Made by a program: the position numbers and the translations under genes. Shown here one piece after another: positions 33,984 to 44,086 of a DNA stretch of 53,408 nt. This DNA comes from Parcubacteria group bacterium (GTDB lineage Bacteria; Patescibacteriota; Minisyncoccia; Moranbacterales; UBA2206). The notes under the pieces are model-generated. The model saw only the letters and a program-made list of their open reading frames with translations. It was not told the DNA's origin and searched no databases. The stretch lies in NCBI GenBank assembly GCA_041659585.1, contig JBAZXY010000001.1, forward strand, positions 1-53,408, given 5' to 3'. Position 1 is the first letter of the stretch; each line of letters begins with the position of its first letter.

Positions 33984-36900
33984 ATGTCATTTTTAGGAAA
34001 TTTTTATCAAAAGGCTAAAAAGAAATTATACGACACTGAACAAGGTGTTGTTTCTGGACTTTCAAATATTGCAAATTCTTTCCGGAATGATTTGAGTGGT
34101 GAAGTCAAGAACACTACGAGGTCGGTGATGGATTATGCGCAGCCAAGAGTGCAAAGTTTCCAAGATAATTATGTGAAGCCGGTGGAAGATTTCGTGCAGA
34201 AAAACCCCACACCATATTCCTATGTGGCGCCGAAAGTGAAAGATTATTCCAATAAAATTATAAATTATGCAAATAATCCAACGAATACTCCTGGTTGGAT
34301 GAAAAAAGTTGATTCAGGCTTAAAGAGTTTTTCTCAAAAAGCGGAAAATGTACCAAAGTTTGATTTTGCGGAAAAAATAAATAATCCAGTAGGAAAGTTC
34401 GCAGCAGAAATTCCACAGACAATGCTTAATATTCCGTCGAGAACAGTGAGTGCTGCATTTAAAGATTACGGAAAAGTAAAGGTCGAACCATCTTATCTGG
34501 TGAAGCGCGGAGCGGAAGCGGCCAATATCGGAGTGGACGTCGGATCTCTTTTTGCCGGCGGTGGAACTGTAAAAAATTTAGCACAAAAAGGATTGAAATC
34601 AGCTGGCACCGGAGTGATGGATGTAGTCAAGCAAGGAGCAAGGAGGGGAGCTAAAGAGGGTTTGCTGTATGGTGGCGCTTCCGGAGCATTGAGCGGAGCA
34701 CAGGAGGGTAATAATCTTAGAGAACAAGGAAGAAATGCAATTAAAGGTGCAGCCGGCGGAGCAGTGATTGGTGCAGCCGGCGGAGCTGTCTTAGGTGGTG
34801 CTATCTCAGGAGGAGGAAAAGTTGTTGGGGATGAAATTAGAGGTATTTCAAAAGATATTTCTCATTTCAAAAACCCCTACGCAAAGCGAGTGGTGACTAA
34901 AATGGATTATTCTCCAAACTATGGTGTGATGCTTGATGGCAAGCCACAGAGGGTTCCGAACCCAAACACTGCCAGAAAAGTGGTGGAAACTGTTAAAATG
35001 CCTTTTCAACCGCAAAGCATTACCGGAAAACTGCTGACAGCGCGTCCCGGAATGAACATTCAAGATGTGAATGCCTTGAAGCCGAAAGTGATGCCCGATT
35101 TAGACGCTCGCATAGCTCAAAAACGAGCCCAGGCGGAGAGTTTGGTCAACAAGCAGATAGATAATCAAAAGCAAGGACTGCCAGTCGCAGAGAAGGGTTT
35201 TGTGGCTCCGCAGAGTGTGGTGGCGCCAGAGAAAAAACCGCTTCCATCGATTGAAGAATATGTCAATGCAAAAAATGCGGCTAATGTTAAGAAAATATTG
35301 GATGATCAGTTTGCTAGTTTTGGTCCCGATGGTCCTAGTGCTATCCCGGACTGGATTGCTAAGAAAAACAAGATCCAGGAAGATGTCAGGAAAAAGATTG
35401 CCTATCAGGATAGCAGGGATAAATTGCCGAGCATTGATGAATATGTGAACAAAAAGACGGGAGAGATTATCACACCTAAAGAAGTTTTCCAAGAAAAGCC
35501 ATACAATCGATTCCAACAAAAAGCTTTTGACGCAAAGGCAGACAGAATGAATGCGCTGGGAGATGTTTTGAATTATCCCAATGAATTGCGTCAGATCGGA
35601 TATAAGAAAAATGAGATTGAAAAAATTAGCAAGGAGCAAGCGGAAAGAATTTTGAAGCTAGCTAATTTGGGTTATCCCAAGAACGCCATGCCAAAGGATC
35701 TCCTTTCTGATCAGGTGAGTAGAACCATAAAAAACAAGGTTTCATGGGGGCAAATGAAAGATTACCACGGAAGAATGAAGGCTTTAAATACGAACTTCTT
35801 GGAAGATATTGACCCAGAGAAACTTAATGATATTAACTCACTGATGGGAAGTGCTAGAGATGTTTATCGAAATGTTGATGTAGTTTTTGGTGATAATTCA
35901 GTAGTTAAGAAAAAACTATTAGACCCTCTGGATCAATCTAAAGGTGATTTTATAGATGAACAAAGCTCTCAACTTGGACAATTATGGGATGGAATAGTTG
36001 AGAAATATGGAATCAAGGAGGTAAAAACTTTCTTCGGGTTCAAATACGGGGACAGGTCTTCAGAATATGTCCAAAAAGTCGGTGAAAATGTGCTTTTGAG
36101 GCCACTTAAAGAAACAGATTTATCTGACGATGTTAGAGGGCAAATAAACTTTACAGAGTTAAAAAATTTGGCTGAAAAAACAAAAGCTGATTGGAGAATG
36201 CTTGTCGGCAAGAAATTGGAAGAATTGCCAGATATCAAAGAAAAAATAATTCTGACACAACTTAAAGAAGCAGCTCCAAAAAGTTGGAATAACATTGTCA
36301 ATGCAGTTTCTTGGTTTAGAAATAAGTATGATGATTTGCTTCCAGAGCTTAATAAAGTCCGCGAGGCGACATATCCAACGCACCCCCTTTATCCGGAAAC
36401 CACTAAGGTAATACCTTTCAGGAAAAATTATTTTCCACATTCTCTTGAAAGAGATGGAATTACAGGACTTAAAAATCTCTTCGATACTCCATCAAGTATT
36501 GACCCTTCCTTAGCAGTATCTTCAGAATATAGTAAGCCAAAATCAAAGTTCCTCGGATTTGCGCAAAGGAGAACTGGAGATAAAACTGAATATGATGCTG
36601 TGAAAGGAATGAAAAATTATATCAGGGACTTTGCTTTTGCCAAACATATTGATCCGCAAATCCAAAAATTCCGTGGAATGAATGAGGAAGCAAAGGAGCT
36701 GGCAAAAAATTATAAAGGTGCTTTACCTGAAAGAATCGGATTAGCTGAGGAATTATCTAAAAAGCTCGATCCAATTCAACAAATCACCGACGCTACCGAT
36801 TCAGATAAGATCCAGAAAGTATTAATGGATTATGGCGTAAGTGACGGACAATCTGACTGGATGAGCAAGGAATTGGCTAATATAAGTAATTACGACAAAG

Positions 36901-38981
36901 TAAAAAACTTCATCAAAAGTAAAACGGAGAAAAATAAGGAAGACGTATTTGGCAGAATGGAACCAAAAGCAGTGGCGGAGGGTTCGGAAAATAAGCTGAA
37001 TAATTTTCTGAAGTTTCTTGATAATTATGCCAATGATTTAGCTGGAAAAACAAACCCCTTTGATCGGCCAAATCAAGATGCCTATGCCAGAAAATCTTTC
37101 AAGATATTGCGCGCTGGACTTTCAAGAATAAAATCAAACGCAGTAGTTGGAAATGTCGGCTCGGCAGTTTCACAATTTTTCAGTCTGCCACCAGGAATAG
37201 CTAGCGCTGGTGTTAAAAACACAACAAAGGGAATTAAGGATAGTCTTGTCGGGGTATTCAGGGATGATCTTCCCATTAAAAATTCAAACTTCTTGAAAGA
37301 GAGATATTTTGATGGAACTAGCAGATTTGACGAGACCTTTCTTTCAACTCCCAAAAAGTTTGCTTCTTGGATGATGACTTTTGGAGACGAGGTTAGTGCC
37401 AAAATTATTTGGAATTCACATTATCGAAAGGCTTTGTCTGAAAATATACCTAACCCAGTGAATTATGCTGATGACTGGACCAGGAGAATGGTTGGAGGAA
37501 GAGGAGTCGGTGAGGTTCCCCTCATGCAAAAGTCTTTGATGTATCAAATTACAAATCCATTTAATCTGGAAGTTACAAACTATTGGTATTCTCTTCGTGA
37601 TTTAGCGAAACACGATCCTAAGAAATTAGTTTATGCAAAAAAACTCGTAGAAGCTTTTGTCATTGGACACATTATGAATCGCGTCGTAAAAGAGATTCGT
37701 GGTTCTGATGTTATATTCGACCCCATACAGGCCATGATAGACGGCTACCAAGAATATGAGGAAGAAGATAATAAAAAATTAGGGCTTCTGAAGGCTGGCG
37801 GAAGAATGGCTGGAGAATTTTTGTCAAACGCTCCGGGACTTCCGAGCCTTCCTACGGGTCAGACAATTGCCAATATGTATGACGAATATGGCGGAGGAGC
37901 ATTAGGTTCAGCTTTGCAAAAAATTACTGGTTCGGATAAACCAATACTCAGGAAAACTCTATTTGGAGAAGGAGATCCAACGAGATTTGGATCTGGTGGA
38001 GTTTCGGATGTTATAACTGGGGGACTTCAAGACCCATTATATAAAATAATTCCTCCATTTGGCGGTTCTCAAATCAAGAAAACCTATGAAGGGACAAAGT
38101 CTATAATTAACGGATTTGCGGAAAATGCAGCTGGAAAAGTAATGTCTCCAATAGAGAGAGATGTTCCTAATATCATGAAGGGAGTTTTATTCGGGAAGAA
38201 CGCTTTGAACGAAGTGCAGGATTATTTCAAGAATGACAGCTTGCCACTAAGCGATTTGCAAACTGAGAAATATAAACTAATGGGCAATAGCCAGGATTAT
38301 TTCAACAAGATTGCAAATGAAAGGAAAACTAATCGAGAAAAAGAGGCTTTGAAAGGCGGCAAGACAATCGCTTCTGCCGGTGAATTATCTGACGGAATGA
38401 GCCAACTGTCCAATGGAAGCATCTATGTGAAATCTCTGGATAAGGAATTCAAAACAGCTAAGGAAGCATCCATGGCGATTGCTATGGATGATTTGGCGAG
38501 CTCTGAAGATAATTTCAGAGACCTTAATAACGGATGGGTGTTGCGCAAGGGTGAGGATGGAAACGTGGTGAAACAAAGAAGATCATCTTATGACTCAGGA
38601 CTCAACACGGCAAAACTTAGCGGATACAAAAAGAATAAGGATCTGGAAAATTGGAAAAAAACAGCTGACACCCAACTGGATCTACTTGGCAGGATGATGA
38701 TGGATCCAAATATTGATGATTTTGACAAAGCGAAGATTCAAAATTCCCTCGATACGCTTGAAGGAGAATATGAAAAATATGCCGGATATGGCGGATTCAC
38801 CAAAGGAAAGAAAGCGGCGAAAGTAGAAGAAAAATATCGATATCCCTTGGTTGACGTGGAGATGATGAAAATCAAAAATCTCATCGCCGGAACGGGTGGA
38901 ACTAAATTCAGAATGACGAGAAAGCCAATGCCGCTCATATTGCGCAAAGCTCCGGTAGTGCATCGCACCCGCAGAAGATAA
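33984..38981 (+). CDS. Giant virion protein (1665 aa; ejection/internal-core or tape-measure-like)
   Basis: Gly-zipper segment GAAGGAVIGAAGGAVLGGAISGGG and long helical regions. Assigned by position within the tail module. Confidence 0.4.
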   Translation: MSFLGNFYQKAKKKLYDTEQGVVSGLSNIANSFRNDLSGEVKNTTRSVMDYAQPRVQSFQDNYVKPVEDFVQKNPTPYSYVAPKVKDYSNKIINYANNPTNTPGWMKKVDSGLKSFSQKAENVPKFDFAEKINNPVGKFAAEIPQTMLNIPSRTVSAAFKDYGKVKVEPSYLVKRGAEAANIGVDVGSLFAGGGTVKNLAQKGLKSAGTGVMDVVKQGARRGAKEGLLYGGASGALSGAQEGNNLREQGRNAIKGAAGGAVIGAAGGAVLGGAISGGGKVVGDEIRGISKDISHFKNPYAKRVVTKMDYSPNYGVMLDGKPQRVPNPNTARKVVETVKMPFQPQSITGKLLTARPGMNIQDVNALKPKVMPDLDARIAQKRAQAESLVNKQIDNQKQGLPVAEKGFVAPQSVVAPEKKPLPSIEEYVNAKNAANVKKILDDQFASFGPDGPSAIPDWIAKKNKIQEDVRKKIAYQDSRDKLPSIDEYVNKKTGEIITPKEVFQEKPYNRFQQKAFDAKADRMNALGDVLNYPNELRQIGYKKNEIEKISKEQAERILKLANLGYPKNAMPKDLLSDQVSRTIKNKVSWGQMKDYHGRMKALNTNFLEDIDPEKLNDINSLMGSARDVYRNVDVVFGDNSVVKKKLLDPLDQSKGDFIDEQSSQLGQLWDGIVEKYGIKEVKTFFGFKYGDRSSEYVQKVGENVLLRPLKETDLSDDVRGQINFTELKNLAEKTKADWRMLVGKKLEELPDIKEKIILTQLKEAAPKSWNNIVNAVSWFRNKYDDLLPELNKVREATYPTHPLYPETTKVIPFRKNYFPHSLERDGITGLKNLFDTPSSIDPSLAVSSEYSKPKSKFLGFAQRRTGDKTEYDAVKGMKNYIRDFAFAKHIDPQIQKFRGMNEEAKELAKNYKGALPERIGLAEELSKKLDPIQQITDATDSDKIQKVLMDYGVSDGQSDWMSKELANISNYDKVKNFIKSKTEKNKEDVFGRMEPKAVAEGSENKLNNFLKFLDNYANDLAGKTNPFDRPNQDAYARKSFKILRAGLSRIKSNAVVGNVGSAVSQFFSLPPGIASAGVKNTTKGIKDSLVGVFRDDLPIKNSNFLKERYFDGTSRFDETFLSTPKKFASWMMTFGDEVSAKIIWNSHYRKALSENIPNPVNYADDWTRRMVGGRGVGEVPLMQKSLMYQITNPFNLEVTNYWYSLRDLAKHDPKKLVYAKKLVEAFVIGHIMNRVVKEIRGSDVIFDPIQAMIDGYQEYEEEDNKKLGLLKAGGRMAGEFLSNAPGLPSLPTGQTIANMYDEYGGGALGSALQKITGSDKPILRKTLFGEGDPTRFGSGGVSDVITGGLQDPLYKIIPPFGGSQIKKTYEGTKSIINGFAENAAGKVMSPIERDVPNIMKGVLFGKNALNEVQDYFKNDSLPLSDLQTEKYKLMGNSQDYFNKIANERKTNREKEALKGGKTIASAGELSDGMSQLSNGSIYVKSLDKEFKTAKEASMAIAMDDLASSEDNFRDLNNGWVLRKGEDGNVVKQRRSSYDSGLNTAKLSGYKKNKDLENWKKTADTQLDLLGRMMMDPNIDDFDKAKIQNSLDTLEGEYEKYAGYGGFTKGKKAAKVEEKYRYPLVDVEMMKIKNLIAGTGGTKFRMTRKPMPLILRKAPVVHRTRRR

Positions 38982-38999
38982 TTTATTAAAAGCAAAACT

Positions 39000-39611
39000 A
39001 TGATTGAGGACATATTGAAAAAAGTGCATAGGAAAGTTTCCAAGGACACCGACTATCCGGTGGCGGGCAGTGAGGATCTGCTGGTGACGCTGGACCATGT
39101 GGATGACGCCATCAGTGAATGGGAAGACTTGGTGCAGGAAGGATATAACTGGCCGGAACTGATGGTGCCTCCCACGGCGATTGTTTTTGGCGGAACTGGC
39201 ACGGACGCCTTGCCGGCGGATTTTCTGGATTTTCCCAGTAGTTTTGGAGACGACGGTTTTGAAAGGATGGAGCTTTTGATTGGCAATAGTGCCTATGCAG
39301 AGGTCAGCAGCGGAGAAGGCGAGCAACTGGCTTTGCAGGGAGTGACGCCAAATGTCTATTGGATGGTGGCCGGATTCGTCCGCACTCTCCCCGCCGCTTC
39401 CGGCACAGTGAGTTTGCCCTATCTCAAAAAAGCCACACGCTTTGTCACCGGAGCGGAAACTACCGAGCCGGAGATGAGCAATCAGAAATTCATCGAAGAC
39501 TATGTCACAGCCAAACTGTTTTTGGATAATGCTGATGACACGCTCTATCAGGCTTTTATGAACCAAGCCAATGACAAATTAATGAAAATGAAATATAAAG
39601 CGTTAACTTAA
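39000..39611 (+). CDS. Tail/adaptor protein (possible tubular-protein-A analogue)
   Basis: 203 aa, directly preceding a 654-aa tail protein. Assignment is positional only. Confidence 0.3.
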   Translation: MIEDILKKVHRKVSKDTDYPVAGSEDLLVTLDHVDDAISEWEDLVQEGYNWPELMVPPTAIVFGGTGTDALPADFLDFPSSFGDDGFERMELLIGNSAYAEVSSGEGEQLALQGVTPNVYWMVAGFVRTLPAASGTVSLPYLKKATRFVTGAETTEPEMSNQKFIEDYVTAKLFLDNADDTLYQAFMNQANDKLMKMKYKALT

Positions 39612-39615
39612 TTTT

Positions 39616-41580
39616 ATGAAAATATTACCAATAACAGGCAGAAGCTCCAAAACACCCTGGAAACTGATTATTGATTCTTTCAAAGGATCGGCTTCACTGT
39701 TGGATGATATTATTTTGGGCGCCAAATTTGCCAAAGAAGCTTTGAATCTCATTTTGGTGCAAGATGGGCGCTGGAAAACGCGCTGGGGAACAGCCGTCTA
39801 TGGCCAGGCTTTGCCGGATGGCACGCAATTTATGGCTTGCGGAATTTATGAAAAGACGGACGGCACGCAAGAGAAGATTGCTATCGGAAAAAACGGCAAA
39901 GGCTATCGCTGTGTAGACCAGGGCGCTTGGACGGAAGTGACCGGCGCCACCTTCACCACTACGGCCACCAAATATAATTTTTTGCAATCAGTGAATCAAC
40001 TCTATAACTCTAACGGCGTGGATAGGCTGACACGCTATGACGGGTCAAACTTTGTCCGCTATACCCAAATAGCCGCCCCCACCGGACTCTCCGGGGTGCG
40101 CAATGTGCTCACCGCTGGCGCTTATCACAATTACTATAAAATAACCGCTCTCAACCAAGTAGGTGAGACGCAGGGAAGTGCGGAGTATGACCTGACCACC
40201 AACAAAGCGAGAAATTCCTGGATAACCACTTCTAATGAATATCTGACCATTTCTTGGTCCGCCGTAGTAGGCGCCTCACGTTACCAAATCTATTATTCTG
40301 ATGAATCCGGCAAAGAGATGTTGCTGGCGGAAACTTCCACCACAGACGTCACTTTCAAAGATGATGGCACCTATATCCAAAATCCTTTTTCCACTTGCCC
40401 GGAGGACGACACCACAGGCGCGCCGGCGTTTGCCATGATTGCAGACTCGGGCTCCAGATTGTGGGGCATCACCGGAGACGACAAAATTTTTTGGAGCGGC
40501 ACCGGACTAGACTTGGGAATCTTTTCCGATTTCCATGGCGGAGGTTGGCAGCCAATTCTTGGGGGAACCGGGGAGAAATTTGAACATATCTGCCATTTCC
40601 GCAGCGGCAAGGGAGACGGTGTGGCTACTGCTATCACCAGAAACAAAGCGGGTATCGGGTCTATTTGGCAAATTCCTTTAGAGGCCACTGCTATTGCTGA
40701 CACTACCATCATCGTGCCTAATCCCAGCAAGCTTCCCGGTCCGATCGGAACAGTGGCGGCTCTCGGAGTGGTGAGCGCCAATGATTCCCTCTATATCCCG
40801 AATAGTCGCGGAATTTTCTCGCTGAACAACAAAGCCAATGTGACGAATATTCTCTCCACTGGAGAACTTTCCGGCAATATCCGACCATTCTATCGCGGGT
40901 TGCAAAATATTGAAAATATTGCCGGAGTCTGGTATGACTCGAAAATCTTTTTTACCGCCTCGGAAAGTGGCAACGGTAATGATGTGATGTTCGGACTGGA
41001 CACGGAGCAAAATGAATGGTTCTTGAAATGGACTATTGGCTTCAAGTCGTTTTTGGAAGTCACGGAAAGTAATGGCACCACCAAACTCTTGGGCATTCCA
41101 GAAAACGGCACGCAACTGATTGAAATTTCTAAAAACATCAAAGGAGATTTGGGACAACCATTCTATCAATCTTGGCTTTCCGGTCTCATCCCTATTTCTA
41201 ACGACTCGACAGTTTTCGCCAAAGTGCAGGAAGCTTTGGTGGAACTGGGACGACCAACCGGCACTATTTTCTTTGAAATTTTGGGGCTGGGACAAAAAGG
41301 CGAATTCTCCTCGATTGCCACCAAGCAAATTGCTGACAATCTGAATGCAATTGAATTTTGGACAGGCGACCTGGGGGAAATTACTCTCAAGGATGAAGAA
41401 GATGCCCCAGTGACCTATTCCCAAGCCTCAGTGCCCAAAGCCAAAAAGATTGGCAAATCATTGCGCGCTATCCAGTTTCATATCTATTCCTCCAGCGCTG
41501 ACACGGATTTCACCATTCTCAAAGTGCAGGCGAAAGGCGTGATTGATAAGCTTAAAACCCCATCGAAGTTTTTCAAATAA
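39616..41580 (+). CDS. Tail protein with an FN3-like insertion (possible tubular-protein-B/nozzle analogue)
   Basis: YYKITALNQVGETQGS... and ISWSAVVGASRYQIYYSDESG are FN3-like patterns. Confidence 0.35.
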   Translation: MKILPITGRSSKTPWKLIIDSFKGSASLLDDIILGAKFAKEALNLILVQDGRWKTRWGTAVYGQALPDGTQFMACGIYEKTDGTQEKIAIGKNGKGYRCVDQGAWTEVTGATFTTTATKYNFLQSVNQLYNSNGVDRLTRYDGSNFVRYTQIAAPTGLSGVRNVLTAGAYHNYYKITALNQVGETQGSAEYDLTTNKARNSWITTSNEYLTISWSAVVGASRYQIYYSDESGKEMLLAETSTTDVTFKDDGTYIQNPFSTCPEDDTTGAPAFAMIADSGSRLWGITGDDKIFWSGTGLDLGIFSDFHGGGWQPILGGTGEKFEHICHFRSGKGDGVATAITRNKAGIGSIWQIPLEATAIADTTIIVPNPSKLPGPIGTVAALGVVSANDSLYIPNSRGIFSLNNKANVTNILSTGELSGNIRPFYRGLQNIENIAGVWYDSKIFFTASESGNGNDVMFGLDTEQNEWFLKWTIGFKSFLEVTESNGTTKLLGIPENGTQLIEISKNIKGDLGQPFYQSWLSGLIPISNDSTVFAKVQEALVELGRPTGTIFFEILGLGQKGEFSSIATKQIADNLNAIEFWTGDLGEITLKDEEDAPVTYSQASVPKAKKIGKSLRAIQFHIYSSSADTDFTILKVQAKGVIDKLKTPSKFFK

Positions 41581-41602
41581 TAATTAATATAAGTTTAAAA
41601 TT

Positions 41603-42493
41603 ATGGCAGCAGCAAATACAGACAAATTTAAAAAAGTCGCTCCCAACACCGGGTGGCAATTGGGCGCCTCCGGCATCTCTGACGCAGTGGTGAATAATTT
41701 CTCTTTGGTTTCCGCTTCCGGACTGCCCACCGACACCGCGGTGATCATCACGGTTGACCGCGTGGATGCCAGCGGCGCTAAAACACCGACCAAGATGGAA
41801 CGGATTACCGGGGTCATTTCGGGTGACAATGTGATTTCTTGCTTGCGAGCAGTCGGCGGAACAGCCCAGGCGCATGCAGGAGGTGCAGTAGTGGAAATTC
41901 TAGTGTCGGATGACAACATCAATGATTTGATGGTTGGAATTTTGGCGGAGCATAATCAGGATGGGACGCATAAATCAGCGGTGCAGCCTATCGGGGCTAT
42001 AACTCAATATGCTGGTTCAGCATCTCCATCTGGGTGGCTACTATGTGATGGAGCTGCAATTTCCAGAGCAACATATGCAGCATTGTTTGCAATATTAAGT
42101 ACTACGTATGGTATAGGCGATGGTTCTACGACATTTAATCTTCCAAATTTAAAAGGTAAGGTTGTTGTTGGATATGATTCTGGACAGACTGAATTTAATT
42201 CGTTGGGAAAAACAGGCGGGGAAAAAACACATCTATTGACTGGCGCAGAAAGTGGAGAAAAAGGGCATAATCATACCCAAGATAGTCATTATCATAATAT
42301 AGGGGGGAATACGTTGATGACTGTTGCTGGTTCAGGATGGTTTGCCGCAGCTAGTGGTTTTGCTCACGGAGTAGACGCAGTTAATGTCTCTGGAACAACC
42401 GCAACCAATCAAGCTGTCGCAGCATCTAATGCTTCAACTGCTCACAATAATCTGTCTCCATACATTATTCTTAATTTCATAATAAAAACTTAA
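41603..42493 (+). CDS. Tail fibre protein with a C-terminal phage tail-collar domain
   Basis: GAITQYAGSASPSGWLLCDGAAISRATYAALFAILSTTYGIGDGSTTFNLPNLKGKVVVG is the classic collar-domain signature. Confidence 0.75.
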   Translation: MAAANTDKFKKVAPNTGWQLGASGISDAVVNNFSLVSASGLPTDTAVIITVDRVDASGAKTPTKMERITGVISGDNVISCLRAVGGTAQAHAGGAVVEILVSDDNINDLMVGILAEHNQDGTHKSAVQPIGAITQYAGSASPSGWLLCDGAAISRATYAALFAILSTTYGIGDGSTTFNLPNLKGKVVVGYDSGQTEFNSLGKTGGEKTHLLTGAESGEKGHNHTQDSHYHNIGGNTLMTVAGSGWFAAASGFAHGVDAVNVSGTTATNQAVAASNASTAHNNLSPYIILNFIIKT

Positions 42494-42690
42494 TGAAAAA
42501 CATAGCGATTTATTTTCCACAATCGAATAGTTATTTTGAAGTTGGTGGGTACTTATTAGATAAAAATGGAAAAGAAACAAAAATAAAAGTTGAAAAAATA
42601 TCTGTATTTTTTGGTAAAATAAAAATCAAGCTTAGTGATGGATGTATGTATATCTACAAAAATGTGAGTTGGAGTTGTAAATTAAATTAA
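42493..42690 (+). CDS. Hypothetical small protein
   Basis: ORF whose start overlaps the upstream stop. Confidence 0.35.
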   Translation: MKNIAIYFPQSNSYFEVGGYLLDKNGKETKIKVEKISVFFGKIKIKLSDGCMYIYKNVSWSCKLN

Positions 42691-42700
42691 AAACAAAAAA

Positions 42701-42970
42701 ATGGAAGAAAACTGCAAAACAGACCACGACGCCGTAGTCACCCTAGTAGCTGTGGTGAAAAATCTTAAAGAGGGACAGGACAAATTTCACGTCGAGATGA
42801 AAGACTCTTTCAAGGACTTGAAGGATAATTTTGCAGTAACTCTGGCCAATCATGAGGAGAGAATAGTCAGGTTGGAAACTTCTAAAACTAAGCAGACTGT
42901 ATTGATGAGCATCGGAATTTCAATTATGGGAGTCCTGGTCGGATTGATGGTTTATCACATCGCCAAATAA
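42701..42970 (+). CDS. Small protein with a single C-terminal TM (holin/lysis-accessory candidate)
   Basis: Helical N-terminal part followed by TVLMSIGISIMGVLVGLMVYHI. Adjacent to the peptidase. Confidence 0.3.
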   Translation: MEENCKTDHDAVVTLVAVVKNLKEGQDKFHVEMKDSFKDLKDNFAVTLANHEERIVRLETSKTKQTVLMSIGISIMGVLVGLMVYHIAK

Positions 42971-42987
42971 TTTGTAAGAACAAAACT

Positions 42988-43728
42988 ATGTATCATCGAT
43001 TCGGACATGCTCAAGCTCACTTTGTGAAATTGGGCGACAAAGTGAAGAAAGGGCAAAAAATCCTGACTGTTGGCACGGGCAATGGCCAGTGGAGCGCGCA
43101 TTGTCATTATGACTGCCCGCAGAGGAAATTGAACTCCTGGACCAGCTATGTTTTTGGATGGACTAGTTCGGAAGTGAAAGGCTCCTATGCTGACCCGACA
43201 AAAAACATCAAGACGGTGATGCCGGGATATGATCACATGGGTTATGGCTATTTGCAGAGCGCTAATTATGGCACGCTGAAAGCTCCTAAGTGGTGCTATC
43301 ACCCGGGAGTGGACTTGAATGGCAAGGGGGCCGGCAACGCCGATTTGGGCGCTCCCATATATTCTCCTTGTGACGGCGTGGTGGTCTATGACTTTGACGA
43401 CGGAAAAGCTTTGGACGGGGGATGGGGGAGATTGCTGGTTATTGAGGAGACCGTTGCGAAAGTGATAGAAACTACCGCGAAAGTGAAAACCGAACAAGCG
43501 CCGCAAATCACCATCGCTCCCAACGTGGATGAAATTGTGGCTATCCCGGTGCGCGTGGAGCAGCCGGCTGCCAAAGTGGACGTCATTGAGCAGCAGGTGG
43601 AAGAAATCCGCCAGGCGGAAGAGGTGCAGACGGAAACCGCCCCGGCGGAAAATAATATCTTGCAGATAGTTTTCAATTTAGTAGGGGATTTAATCATTAA
43701 AATAATAAACATATGGAAAAAGCGATAG
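42988..43728 (+). CDS. M23-family peptidase (endolysin candidate) with permuted motif order
   Basis: HxH-containing block (VKLGDKVKKGQKILTVGTGNGQWSAHCHYD) at the N-terminus. HxxxD block (YHPGVDL...GAPIYSPCDGVV) lies downstream. Confidence 0.55.
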   Translation: MYHRFGHAQAHFVKLGDKVKKGQKILTVGTGNGQWSAHCHYDCPQRKLNSWTSYVFGWTSSEVKGSYADPTKNIKTVMPGYDHMGYGYLQSANYGTLKAPKWCYHPGVDLNGKGAGNADLGAPIYSPCDGVVVYDFDDGKALDGGWGRLLVIEETVAKVIETTAKVKTEQAPQITIAPNVDEIVAIPVRVEQPAAKVDVIEQQVEEIRQAEEVQTETAPAENNILQIVFNLVGDLIIKIINIWKKR

Positions 43729-43862
43729 AAACAATGCTGGCAGTGTCAGTGGTGCTTTCCACTATCGGCGGCACCCTGGTGACCACTGGTAAAATTTGGG
43801 AGGGGTTGGCGTGCATCATGGTGGGAACGGGATTGATTTTTTTACGGGGGATGATAAAGTAG
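43713..43862 (+). CDS. Small 2-TM protein (49 aa; holin-like candidate)
   Basis: MEKAIETMLAVSVVLSTIGGTLVTTGKIWEGLACIMVGTGLIFLRGMIK. Overlaps the peptidase 3' end. Confidence 0.35.
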   Translation: MEKAIETMLAVSVVLSTIGGTLVTTGKIWEGLACIMVGTGLIFLRGMIK

Positions 43863-43874
43863 AAAAACTGAAAA

Positions 43875-43929
43875 AGAGGCTCAACACGCATTTATTCACC
43901 CAAAGGCGTTTCAATTGAGCTTCTTTTTT
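43875..43929 (+). terminator. Terminator after the lysis genes
   Basis: 10-bp outer stem (AGAGGCTCAA / TTGAGCTTCT) with an inner ACGC/GCGT helix, followed by T6. Confidence 0.5.
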
Positions 43930-43957
43930 ATGGATGATATTACTGATTGAATAGCAC

Positions 43958-43986
43958 TTGACAAGAATTTTTTGGAGTGATAGTAT
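43958..43986 (+). promoter_or_regulatory. Promoter (TTGACA-17 nt-TAGTAT)
   Basis: TTGACA at 43958-43963 and TAGTAT at 43981-43986. Confidence 0.5.
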
Positions 43987-43999
43987 TTATTCGTTATGC

Positions 44000-44029
44000 A
44001 AAGGTTACTAAAGGTTGGTAAAGGCTACT
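44000..44029 (+). repeat. Three tandem decamers AAAGGTTACT / AAAGGTTGGT / AAAGGCTACT
   Basis: Exact 10-bp phasing immediately downstream of the 43958 promoter. Confidence 0.6.
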
Positions 44030-44086
44030 AACTTAAAGAAATATTAATATAAACAAAATGAGGGGAGATAATAAAAGAAAATAGGT

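Noticed and set aside
38682-39566. Long minus-strand ORF (294 aa). Similar antisense ORFs occur at 40678-41424, 24317-24970, 25025-25603, 35100-35639 and 28394-28894.
   Set aside because: All lie entirely antisense to much longer, motif-bearing or syntenic + strand phage genes. Their composition is low-complexity and rich in Ser, His, Arg and Phe, as expected of shadow ORFs. None has an RBS or promoter.
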